Source: Patescibacteria group bacterium | Lineage (GTDB): Bacteria; Patescibacteriota; Minisyncoccia; Phycocordibacterales; UBA1550 | Assembly: GCA_038062675.1 (NCBI GenBank) | Contig: JBBTWP010000005.1 | Span: forward strand, 43,844-107,843 | DNA: 64,000 bases | Direction: 5' to 3' | In this document: piece after piece, positions 27,819 through 35,786 of the stretch | Layout of the letters: each line of letters opens with the position of its first letter | Position numbering within the stretch: the stretch's first letter is position 1 | Program-made: the position numbers and the translations under genes | Notes under the pieces: model-generated | Database searches by the model: none | Told to the model about the DNA's origin: nothing | The model's input: only the letters and a program-made list of their open reading frames with translations

Positions 27819-28085
27819 TTAAAGTGAGCGCATGTGCTTTGCAAAATCCTCAAAAGTGTCAAATGACATTAGATTTTTCTCGGATCGAGCTTCTTCAATC
27901 GCCTTGCGCGTTTCTCTGTTGGGCATACTCAGAGAAAAAGGAATTTCTTTATCATTGGCAATGCGTCGGTAAAATACGTTAATCGCTTCTGAGGGAGATA
28001 TACCGATCTGGGACAATACCATCTCTGCCTTCTTTTTTACTGATGGCTCTATGCGAGCACGAACGAAAGCTGTTTTTGTAGTCAT
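27819..28085 (-). CDS. dinJ: type II antitoxin, DinJ/RelB family
   Basis: MTTKTAFVRARIEPSVKKKAEMVLSQIGISPSEAINVFYRRI is the DinJ ribbon-helix-helix N-terminus. It lies 4 nt upstream of yafQ. Start is taken at ATG 28085. Confidence 0.85.
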   Translation of the reverse strand: MTTKTAFVRARIEPSVKKKAEMVLSQIGISPSEAINVFYRRIANDKEIPFSLSMPNRETRKAIEEARSEKNLMSFDTFEDFAKHMRSL

Positions 28086-28092
28086 ATGTATA

Positions 28093-28114
28093 TTGTAGCA
28101 CATATGTGCTACAA
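28093..28114. promoter_or_regulatory. perfect 22-bp palindromic operator upstream of dinJ-yafQ
   Basis: ttgtagcacatatgtgctacaa lies 8 nt upstream of the dinJ start. This is typical of TA autoregulatory operators bound by the RHH antitoxin. Confidence 0.6.
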
Positions 28115-28122
28115 CGCAATAC

Positions 28123-29808
28123 TTACAAATATTTTACCATATATGTTCCCTCGAGCTGGTATCCTTGTTTGCGATAGTATTCGCGCACGCCGATACCCGA
28201 GATAACCGCGAGTTTTTTGTACCCTGCTTCGCGCGCAATGCGTTCTGCCTCCAAGAGGAGTCGTTTCCCAAACCCCATGTGCTGACTTTGTGTTCCCACC
28301 TCCCCTACTTGCGCCATGCGCCCATACGTGTGAAGCTCGCGCACGAGCGCCGCACCCTGGAGCACCTCAAGCCCTGTCCCCACAAACTCCTGCCCATGAT
28401 TTTTCGGCAACCGCAAGCGCAAAAACGACGCGAGCTTGCCTTCATTCGCCTCTTCAAACGAAAGGAAAATTTCCCGCCCACTTCTCGTACGATACTCTTT
28501 CACCGTCAGTGGAAATTTCTCGAGTTCGACTTCCATCCCGCGCACTTCACGACAGCGAATGCACTTGCATCGCCAATTATTTTTCTTCATATCGTTGAAC
28601 AACCACTGGCGCAGATTTGAAACTTTACTTCCTGCTTGAATGTAGGTCGCAGGAATATCGCGAATCACCCGAATGATGCGCACGTATTTTGGGATTTGTT
28701 TTTTTGCACCCGCAAGCACACTCATGAGCTCCTCATCCGTGTACGGTTTAAATTTCCCCGCTTTCCAAATATCAAAAAGTTCACTTCCTTCGAGCACCAT
28801 GCAGGGATACATCTTAATCATGTCGGGATGAAAATCCTCACTCGAAAAAAGCTCGCCAAACATTTCAATATCACGCTGGGGCGTGCTCCCCTCCAAGTTT
28901 GGCATCATGTGGTACACAATCTTAAATCCCGCATTGCGCAAAAGCTCGGTTGCTTCTTTCACCGCACCAATCTTCATGTCGCGCTTGGTGAGCTCGAGCA
29001 CATCGTCGTCGAGATGCTGCACACCAATCTCCACCTTGGTCACCCCGAGGCTACGCAACCGCTCAAGCTCCTTTGGATTGATATAGTCTGGACGCGTCTC
29101 AATCGAAAGCCCAATGAGGCGCGTTCGTGCAGTTTCGTTTTCGTGCATCATCTCAGCGAATGTTTTTTGCCCCTTCGGCGTCTGCATCTCGGGGGGCACG
29201 TCAAAGTTATTGCATGCACGGTAACACTCCGCAAGAAATTCTTCCTGATACTTCGGATGATAAAAACTCCACGTACCGCCAATGACAATCATTTCGATTT
29301 TGTCGGTCTCGTGGCCGTTCATACGAAGCGCGAGCAAGCGACTCGTGATCTGGTCGTACGGATCAAAATCGTTCGCAAGAGCACGCGCCGCCGCCGGCTC
29401 TTTTGAAAGATAGCTCTTGGGCATGTTTGCTTCGGTAGGGCAATACGTGCATCGCCCTGGGCACGGGTAGGGCTTCGTAAGAAGTGAGACCACCGCAACC
29501 CCTGAGTTGCTCCGCGTTTTGAGCTTCTTAAGCACCAGCTCTGCGTTGGAATTCTTCTCTTCTTCTCCCGCCTCCACAAGCGCCTTATAGAACGCCAAGA
29601 GCTCGGCATTGGTAGGCACATGTGACCCATAAAACTCCTCAGAAATGGCCTCCAAGGGCATCAATTGCCCCGCAGGAAGCACTTTATTCTCCCGTGCGTG
29701 AATCTGCCTCCGCAGATCCAAAATACGCCCATAGAGCGCCGGATCAACCATGATTTTCCGCTTCAGGTTCTGCAGGTCCTTTTCGGTTTTGATATCAGTA
29801 AAAAGCAT
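28123..29808 (-). CDS. Elp3-like radical SAM / GNAT acetyltransferase (Elongator catalytic subunit homolog)
   Basis: Radical SAM cluster motif CPGRCTYCP (C-x3-C-x2-C) and a TIM-barrel rSAM region (LSIETRPDYINPKELERLRSLGVTKVEIGVQHLDD). C-terminal GNAT fold (QHMGFGKRLLLEAERIAREAGYKKLAVISGIGVREYYRKQGY). About 55% GC. Confidence 0.85.
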   Translation of the reverse strand: MLFTDIKTEKDLQNLKRKIMVDPALYGRILDLRRQIHARENKVLPAGQLMPLEAISEEFYGSHVPTNAELLAFYKALVEAGEEEKNSNAELVLKKLKTRSNSGVAVVSLLTKPYPCPGRCTYCPTEANMPKSYLSKEPAAARALANDFDPYDQITSRLLALRMNGHETDKIEMIVIGGTWSFYHPKYQEEFLAECYRACNNFDVPPEMQTPKGQKTFAEMMHENETARTRLIGLSIETRPDYINPKELERLRSLGVTKVEIGVQHLDDDVLELTKRDMKIGAVKEATELLRNAGFKIVYHMMPNLEGSTPQRDIEMFGELFSSEDFHPDMIKMYPCMVLEGSELFDIWKAGKFKPYTDEELMSVLAGAKKQIPKYVRIIRVIRDIPATYIQAGSKVSNLRQWLFNDMKKNNWRCKCIRCREVRGMEVELEKFPLTVKEYRTRSGREIFLSFEEANEGKLASFLRLRLPKNHGQEFVGTGLEVLQGAALVRELHTYGRMAQVGEVGTQSQHMGFGKRLLLEAERIAREAGYKKLAVISGIGVREYYRKQGYQLEGTYMVKYL

Positions 29809-29837
29809 ATTCTGGTAAGATACTTACTATACTACGT

Positions 29838-30533
29838 ATGCGCCAAGAATATGCAAATAAAATCCTCGAGCAATCGCGCTCTGGGTACGAAACTATCGCC
29901 AGCGACTTCTCGCGTACCCGTGGCACATTTTGGCAAGAGCTGATGTTTGTTTACGACATGGTGCCACCCACGTCACGCATCCTCGACATCGGCTGTGGCA
30001 ATGGACGCTTTTTAAGCGCACTCAAAGACGACACGGTAGACTACACCGGCGTTGATTTTTCCAAAGGACTCATCGACATCGCAAAGGAACGCTACCGAGA
30101 ACGGCCACACGCCACATTTCAAACCGCCGACGCACTCGCCCTCCCTTTCTCCAACCACTCCTTCGACATAGCCGTATCGTTCGCCGTCCTCCACCACATT
30201 CCCTCGCGCGCGTATCGCATTCAATTTCTCAAAGAGGCCGCGCGCGTCATCAAACCGGGCAGCACCATCATCCTCACCGCGTGGAATGTCTGGCATTCCC
30301 GCCCATGGACCGTACTAAAATTCGCGCTTAAAAAATTACTCGGTCAAACACACACCGACGTTGGCGACGCACTCCTCGACTTCGGCAAAGAAAAAAACGT
30401 GCGCTTTGTGCACGCCCTCACCGCGCGCGAAATCCGCTCTCTCGCACGCGGTGCTGGCCTCACCATCACCCGCCTCGAGAAAATCCGCCGCCCGAGTGGT
30501 GAAGAAAATTTCTTTGTGGTACTCCAAGCGTAA
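29838..30533 (+). CDS. class I SAM-dependent methyltransferase (possibly Trm9/SmtA-like)
   Basis: Motif I is ILDIGCGNGRFLSAL, then VDFS, then DIAVSFAVLHHIP. Divergently transcribed from the Elp3-like gene with only 29 bp between the start codons. Confidence 0.8.
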   Translation: MRQEYANKILEQSRSGYETIASDFSRTRGTFWQELMFVYDMVPPTSRILDIGCGNGRFLSALKDDTVDYTGVDFSKGLIDIAKERYRERPHATFQTADALALPFSNHSFDIAVSFAVLHHIPSRAYRIQFLKEAARVIKPGSTIILTAWNVWHSRPWTVLKFALKKLLGQTHTDVGDALLDFGKEKNVRFVHALTAREIRSLARGAGLTITRLEKIRRPSGEENFFVVLQA

Positions 30534-30666
30534 CTCAAAAAACATCTGCCCAATTTGCTTGACGTACCCCCCCCCTCAAATGCTAGACTGCGCCGAGATG
30601 TACTTGCTTGCGCATTCCGCACGAGCATTTAGTTTGACAACGCAACAATACAGAAAGGGGTAATCT

Positions 30667-31935
30667 ATGAGACACTTGCAAAGGTGGTTTTTTGTTTTTA
30701 TGGTGAGTATGTGGTTCGCATCCTTGACACACGCCGACCAGATGACCTACCAACCGGGACCAGAAGGAACGGATGTTTGGATTACCAACACCTATGACTA
30801 TGGGAGTGACTATGGTGTTGATAACGACAAACTTGAGGCGGGCGGCTGGGGCGATGAGTATCGCTTTCTCTGGAAACCCGATTTCACGGGTTTCCCGCAA
30901 AATGCAACCTCGGCTGCTTTGTGGATGTTTCCTTACCCTCGCGGAGATGCTTCAACGCCAGTAAGCATGGCTGTTGATTTGATGACTACGCCATGGAACG
31001 AGGACACTGGGTGGTACAATACGGTAATGAATGGAATACCAGTTGGTGTTCTTTCAGCTCCAACACCAGGGCAATGGTACGGTATAAACATTACTCAAAT
31101 CTACAATCTGTGGAAGGCGGGAACGTACGCCAACCACGGCTTTAGATTTAGGCCGACGGGAATCAACAATCAGTTCTCGCAATTTTTGAGTTCTGATTTT
31201 TGGTACGGTCCGTATCGCCCGAAGGTTGTGGTTACCTACAAGGGCGCGGATTTACAATTTCCTCTTGCGAAACCGAGACCGGCGGGCTTTATTGGGCCAA
31301 TCATTCCTGTGTTCCTTTCACCGTATGCGGCACAGATTAATTCTGTGTTGGACCATTCGTTGACCACGGAAGCGTATTGCAAAGATGATGTCATTGTTGC
31401 ATATACGGGAGAGCGTGCGGAGGAGAAGTATGGAACATCTGGATGGATTGGTACGCCTTCGTCCACAAGATGTTCGGGCAAGACTTTAAACGGATACCGA
31501 CAAGACACCGTCGGAACACCTTTTGTTGTGAATGGAAACTATGGTGGAGGGGCATTTTTGTTCTATGACGGGCATGATGGGTATGACTTTCAAGCCGAGA
31601 ATGGAACAGATGTTCATGCTGCTGCGGATGGAAAAGTGTACAATTCAAACGCTGTTGGGGAAGAGAATGTGAGGATCGAGCATCCGAGCGGATATGTTAC
31701 TCAGTATTGGCACATGCCAAAACGATATGTAGTAGAGGGACAACTTGTTTCAAAAGGTCAAAAAATCGGTATCGTAGGAAAAGGGCACCTGCACTTTACG
31801 GTGAAGAAAGGTAAGCTTTCAGAACCAGCAAAACTGCAACTCGTCGACCCCTACGGCTGGAAAGGCGAGTATGGCACGGATCCACTCAAAGTTGACGGTA
31901 AAGACAATGCTTGTCTGTGGGCGGTTTGTCAGTAG
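30667..31935 (+). CDS. secreted M23-family (LytM-type) metallopeptidase with N-terminal accessory domain
   Basis: Signal peptide (WFFVFMVSMWFASLTHA). The C-terminal LytM domain carries HxxxD (YDGHDGYDF) and HxH (GHLHFTV) zinc ligands plus GQKIGIVG. RBS AAAGGGG lies 7 nt upstream. Confidence 0.85.
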   Translation: MRHLQRWFFVFMVSMWFASLTHADQMTYQPGPEGTDVWITNTYDYGSDYGVDNDKLEAGGWGDEYRFLWKPDFTGFPQNATSAALWMFPYPRGDASTPVSMAVDLMTTPWNEDTGWYNTVMNGIPVGVLSAPTPGQWYGINITQIYNLWKAGTYANHGFRFRPTGINNQFSQFLSSDFWYGPYRPKVVVTYKGADLQFPLAKPRPAGFIGPIIPVFLSPYAAQINSVLDHSLTTEAYCKDDVIVAYTGERAEEKYGTSGWIGTPSSTRCSGKTLNGYRQDTVGTPFVVNGNYGGGAFLFYDGHDGYDFQAENGTDVHAAADGKVYNSNAVGEENVRIEHPSGYVTQYWHMPKRYVVEGQLVSKGQKIGIVGKGHLHFTVKKGKLSEPAKLQLVDPYGWKGEYGTDPLKVDGKDNACLWAVCQ

Positions 31936-32016
31936 TTCCTTTGTGTTGTTGATGTTAAAAAGTTAAGCAATCATTCAATCTCCTTGCCGTTCGCGGTGAG
32001 GGGATTTTTTTTGTAA
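31842..32016. repeat. 175-bp direct repeat, copy 1 (3' end of M23-peptidase gene plus terminator region)
   Basis: Identical to 32719-32893 over 175 nt: tcgtcgacccctacggctggaaaggcgagtatggcacggatcc...gcggtgaggggattttttttgt. Confidence 0.9.
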
Positions 32017-32027
32017 ATATTTCCTTG

Positions 32028-32666
32028 TTATTCGAGGAATCTGAAGGTGGAGAGGACTGCATCAAGGAGTTTTTGTGATTCACTATTACTGAGAATATTG
32101 AACATAAAAGACTTTTCTTTGCGAAAAAAACTTGCCCGAGAAACACTCATGTTGTCATAATACTTTATTTTTTCTCCGTTCAAAATACTCTCTCTAGAAA
32201 TAATTTTCTCTTCTACTCCTAAATTTTTCCAATAGGTTGTTGTTGCCGCTCTTTCCCAGACTTCCTTAGAGGTAACTCTAAATCCCAAAGATGGTGGATC
32301 GTATCTCTGTCCAGTTAGTAGTTCTTGGTGAATGCTCAGAACAGGGCTACTGCATTCGAAAATTTGGGAGCTCATTGGCATATCGTCTTCGTAATTCCAT
32401 GATGTATCATACAAAAACCACCCCTTCGGATACTTAAACTCATACCCATACTTCTCATTTCGGCACACCGGCCAACTTGCGATTGCTTCAGGAGAAAGGT
32501 CGGGGAGTTGAATGGGTAGTTTTTCATATTCCGACAATGGTTCCACTGTTGTTTTTGCAGGTTCAGGAATCGGCTCAACAGATATTTGATTCTGTGAAAT
32601 CACCACCCCCACGACGACAACTGCCACAATAATCCCCCCGAGTAGTATTTTTTTCTTCTTTTCCAT
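32028..32666 (-). CDS. membrane-anchored hypothetical protein, paralog A (N-terminal 80 aa identical to paralog B)
   Basis: MEKKKKILLGGIIVAVVVVGVVISQNQISVEPIPEPAK...CRNEKYGYEFKYP, then a divergent middle and a related C-terminus (...LSTFRFLE). Confidence 0.7.
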   Translation of the reverse strand: MEKKKKILLGGIIVAVVVVGVVISQNQISVEPIPEPAKTTVEPLSEYEKLPIQLPDLSPEAIASWPVCRNEKYGYEFKYPKGWFLYDTSWNYEDDMPMSSQIFECSSPVLSIHQELLTGQRYDPPSLGFRVTSKEVWERAATTTYWKNLGVEEKIISRESILNGEKIKYYDNMSVSRASFFRKEKSFMFNILSNSESQKLLDAVLSTFRFLE

Positions 32667-32718
32667 AAAATGACTTTAGCATGTTTTGTTTGATATCCCA
32701 ACCACACTACACCCCAGT

Positions 32719-32893
32719 TCGTCGACCCCTACGGCTGGAAAGGCGAGTATGGCACGGATCCACTCAAAGTTGACGGTAAAGACAATGCTTGTCTGTGGGC
32801 GGTTTGTCAGTAGTTCCTTTGTGTTGTTGATGTTAAAAAGTTAAGCAATCATTCAATCTCCTTGCCGTTCGCGGTGAGGGGATTTTTTTTGTG
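32719..32893. repeat. 175-bp direct repeat, copy 2 (orphan copy of peptidase 3' end plus terminator)
   Basis: Exact copy of 31842-32016, 877 bp downstream. It is not part of any intact ORF. Confidence 0.9.
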
Positions 32894-32905
32894 AGTATTT
32901 TAGAA

Positions 32906-33553
32906 TTAGTCGAGGAATTTGAAGGTGGAAATAATCGCATTCATGAGTTTTTCTCCTTTGAGATTAGGTACTGTCAAAAAAATAAATTTGTCTTTTTTGT
33001 AGAAAATCCCTGCATTAATAGAAAATATAGCAATCTGATATTTTACTGTTTTTCCATGGAGTACAAATTCTTTGAAGATAACCTCTTTTTTCTTTAGCAG
33101 TCCAAATTCTTTTACAGAGTTTGCCACTATGTCCCAATCATCTATGTCCCTTATCGAAACCCCAATAGATAGAGGAGCAAAACTAGAATCAGCTAACCCC
33201 CCTTGAGAAACTATTATCATTAATCTATCACATTCGAGAATCTTAGGGACGGGTAACACATTGTTTCCGCGCATATCATAAAGTTCTTCTTCATCATGAA
33301 CCGTCCACCCCCTCGGATACTTAAACTCATACCCATACTTCTCATTTCGGCACACCGGCCAACTTGCGATTGCTTCAGGAGAAAGGTCGGGGAGTTGAAT
33401 GGGTAGTTTTTCATATTCCGACAATGGTTCCACTGTTGTTTTTGCAGGTTCAGGAATCGGCTCAACAGATATTTGATTCTGTGAAATCACCACCCCCACG
33501 ACGACAACTGCCACAATAATCCCCCCGAGTAGTATTTTTTTCTTCTTTTCCAT
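32906..33553 (-). CDS. membrane-anchored hypothetical protein, paralog B
   Basis: Same first 80 codons, nucleotide-identical and including about 20 nt upstream of the ATG. The middle is diverged and the C-terminus ...ISTFKFLD is homologous to paralog A. Confidence 0.7.
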   Translation of the reverse strand: MEKKKKILLGGIIVAVVVVGVVISQNQISVEPIPEPAKTTVEPLSEYEKLPIQLPDLSPEAIASWPVCRNEKYGYEFKYPRGWTVHDEEELYDMRGNNVLPVPKILECDRLMIIVSQGGLADSSFAPLSIGVSIRDIDDWDIVANSVKEFGLLKKKEVIFKEFVLHGKTVKYQIAIFSINAGIFYKKDKFIFLTVPNLKGEKLMNAIISTFKFLD

Positions 33554-33670
33554 AAAATGACTTTAGCATGTTTTGCATAGTGTTGCCATCTTAATTTTCG
33601 ATGTAGTATTTCGTCTACTCAAAAAACCTTACTCCATGAGCCTAGCTTCGAAATCTTTACCGGCACAAAA

Positions 33671-34576
33671 TCAACTATTTTTAGATAGTTTTTCTTCATG
33701 CAAAGATTCAATTTTTGTAAGGCGTTTTATTAAATCAGTAATTCTAATCAAAAGAACTGATATACCCTTATCATTTTCAGGAAAATATTTTCGAATATAA
33801 GATTCTACTGCCATTAGAACAAAAACATTAATCGGGCAAAGAAGCCTAGGGTCTGGAGTAACAGATTCGGGCGTCGGTCTAAATCCAGAATCAACTTCTT
33901 CTATATGGTGTTTTACTAAGTCTACCCAAGAACCATGAATGGAGTGAGATTGAATTCCTTGAAGCATCGGATAAATTGATTCCATATCAAGAGCAGTAAG
34001 AATAGTTTTATAATCCTTTCTCCTTGGGATTATTAATTTATCAATCTCCGTTTCTGCTATCCCTGAAATTTTAAAAACACCAGTAATAGATTTAAGCATT
34101 CTGGTTTCAATCGGCAAAATACTTCCTCTTCTTTTTATCTTCTCTTGAAGGAAAGCGTACATTTCTTTTTCTGGCTTAAGGCTTGATTTTATAAATTCTT
34201 CAAAGTCTTCGACATTTGCCTTTTCACAAAAAAACTTTAAATTTGTGGCTGATTCTGTAATACAACGATTGAGTGCCATAACTACTTCGCCATGCTCACT
34301 AACTTTATCAACTAATAAGGCCATAATGGCCTTCATAAATTTTACTATTCTAATAACTAATCCTGCCCCTATTGCTTGGTTGCGAGAAAGTACTCCCTCT
34401 TTTTGATCAAACGATTCATGCAAGCTAGCTGACAACACTATGACTATTGCTGTTTCTCGGTACAAATCAAAAACCACTTTTGAGAAAGCATCCTCTGAGC
34501 CTGCATTGATATCAGAAAAATCTGTGGCAGGACTTAGGAGATCTGCTATAGATTTTTCAGTAACTTTTGTATTCAT
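33671..34576 (-). CDS. hypothetical all-alpha protein, orphan gene in low-GC islet
   Basis: 301-aa ORF with about 36% GC and no recognisable motif. It sits between the duplicated paralogs and a GT4 gene. Confidence 0.5.
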   Translation of the reverse strand: MNTKVTEKSIADLLSPATDFSDINAGSEDAFSKVVFDLYRETAIVIVLSASLHESFDQKEGVLSRNQAIGAGLVIRIVKFMKAIMALLVDKVSEHGEVVMALNRCITESATNLKFFCEKANVEDFEEFIKSSLKPEKEMYAFLQEKIKRRGSILPIETRMLKSITGVFKISGIAETEIDKLIIPRRKDYKTILTALDMESIYPMLQGIQSHSIHGSWVDLVKHHIEEVDSGFRPTPESVTPDPRLLCPINVFVLMAVESYIRKYFPENDKGISVLLIRITDLIKRLTKIESLHEEKLSKNS

Positions 34577-34658
34577 AATTATAAGGCGAAAAGTATCGTT
34601 AATTTGTCATTTTTTCTTCTATACACTATTGCTTTTACGTAAAGAAGGGCACTCAACC

Positions 34659-35765
34659 CTACCCCAGCGCATCCTCCCACGACTTTTTGTAGAGGGCAAG
34701 GTATTCTGTTTTGGTCAAAAGTACGGGGGGTTTTTGTTTAAACTTTATTTCGTGAGCGGCGACTTTTAGAAGCACTTGAGCGAGAGCACTAGCGTCTCCC
34801 ACCGTCACCACGAATCCATTCCCACCATTTTCGATTACTTCTTTTGCGCATCCGACATTTGTGGCAATCACAGGACATCCAACCACAAGCGCCTCGACAA
34901 TGGTCATTCCATACCCTTCATAGTTTGAGGTGAGGAGAAAAGCATCAGCTGTTTTCATATACGATGCAACATCATCCTGCCACGGCAGGAGCACCACATT
35001 TCGTGAAAGCCCGTGCGCCTGCACCAAACTTTTTATCCATGCCTCTTCGGATCCTTCACCCACAACAACGAGCCCAACGCGCGGATATTTTCCCAACACT
35101 TCGCCAAACGCCTCGAGTGCAAGCGGAATATTTTTCTCAACGGATAACCTCGACGCCATGAGAAAATGTGTACTGAACTGCAGATATTCTTTTTTAATAT
35201 CACGAGATACCGGAGCATTCTTTATGCGTTCCACATCCACAAAAATAGGGAGAACAGTGACCATCACTTCTCTACGAACCAACCCCTCAACAGACTGCTT
35301 GATACGCGTCGACACTACACGCACCGCATGAGCACGTGGCAACAAGAACTTTGCAAGAACGACACGCGCACGATTCATGAACGACTCTCGTGCAAAATGT
35401 GGACTCAAAAAATCCGTATGAATCTGCAAATGTAATTTCGCTCCCAATATTCGCGCAATCAAAAAAGCGGTAAGACCTGTCTCGAAGGGATCTTGCGCGG
35501 TCACCACATCAACATGAACTCCTTGTTTCTTGAGTGTGACGACTTGCCTCAGAGCAGCTGGAATATATCCGAAGCGTGTGCGAGCATTTGTAGGATACAA
35601 AAAAATATTTGGTGGAAATGACTGCGCAGCTACACCCGCCGACCGTTTTGCAAAAACAATAATCCGGAGCTCATCTGCGAGACGACCATACTCAAGCAGG
35701 CGCGACCGCACCGCGCTCCCCTCTTCAAATACTTTGCGGTCCAACGAAACAGAAAGAATATTCAT
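34659..35765 (-). CDS. GT4 family glycosyltransferase
   Basis: GT-B C-terminal domain: FLMASRLSVEKNIPLALEAF...LLTSNYEGYGMTIVEALVVGCPVIATNVGCAKEVI. Confidence 0.88.
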   Translation of the reverse strand: MNILSVSLDRKVFEEGSAVRSRLLEYGRLADELRIIVFAKRSAGVAAQSFPPNIFLYPTNARTRFGYIPAALRQVVTLKKQGVHVDVVTAQDPFETGLTAFLIARILGAKLHLQIHTDFLSPHFARESFMNRARVVLAKFLLPRAHAVRVVSTRIKQSVEGLVRREVMVTVLPIFVDVERIKNAPVSRDIKKEYLQFSTHFLMASRLSVEKNIPLALEAFGEVLGKYPRVGLVVVGEGSEEAWIKSLVQAHGLSRNVVLLPWQDDVASYMKTADAFLLTSNYEGYGMTIVEALVVGCPVIATNVGCAKEVIENGGNGFVVTVGDASALAQVLLKVAAHEIKFKQKPPVLLTKTEYLALYKKSWEDALG

Positions 35766-35786
35766 AGTATCAGCAGTATAAAGCCA

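Noticed and set aside
28636-29406. 256-aa + strand ORF and several 65-150 aa ORFs (28165-28639)
   Set aside because: All are antisense to or out of frame with the Elp3-like gene in the GC-richest (~55%) part of the window, and their translations are Arg/His-rich low complexity. These are spurious.
32372-33465. Two near-identical 68/81-aa ORFs (32372-32578, 33220-33465)
   Set aside because: They are the same off-frame reading of the duplicated block B on the coding strand of the paralogs. Their identity simply mirrors the DNA duplication.
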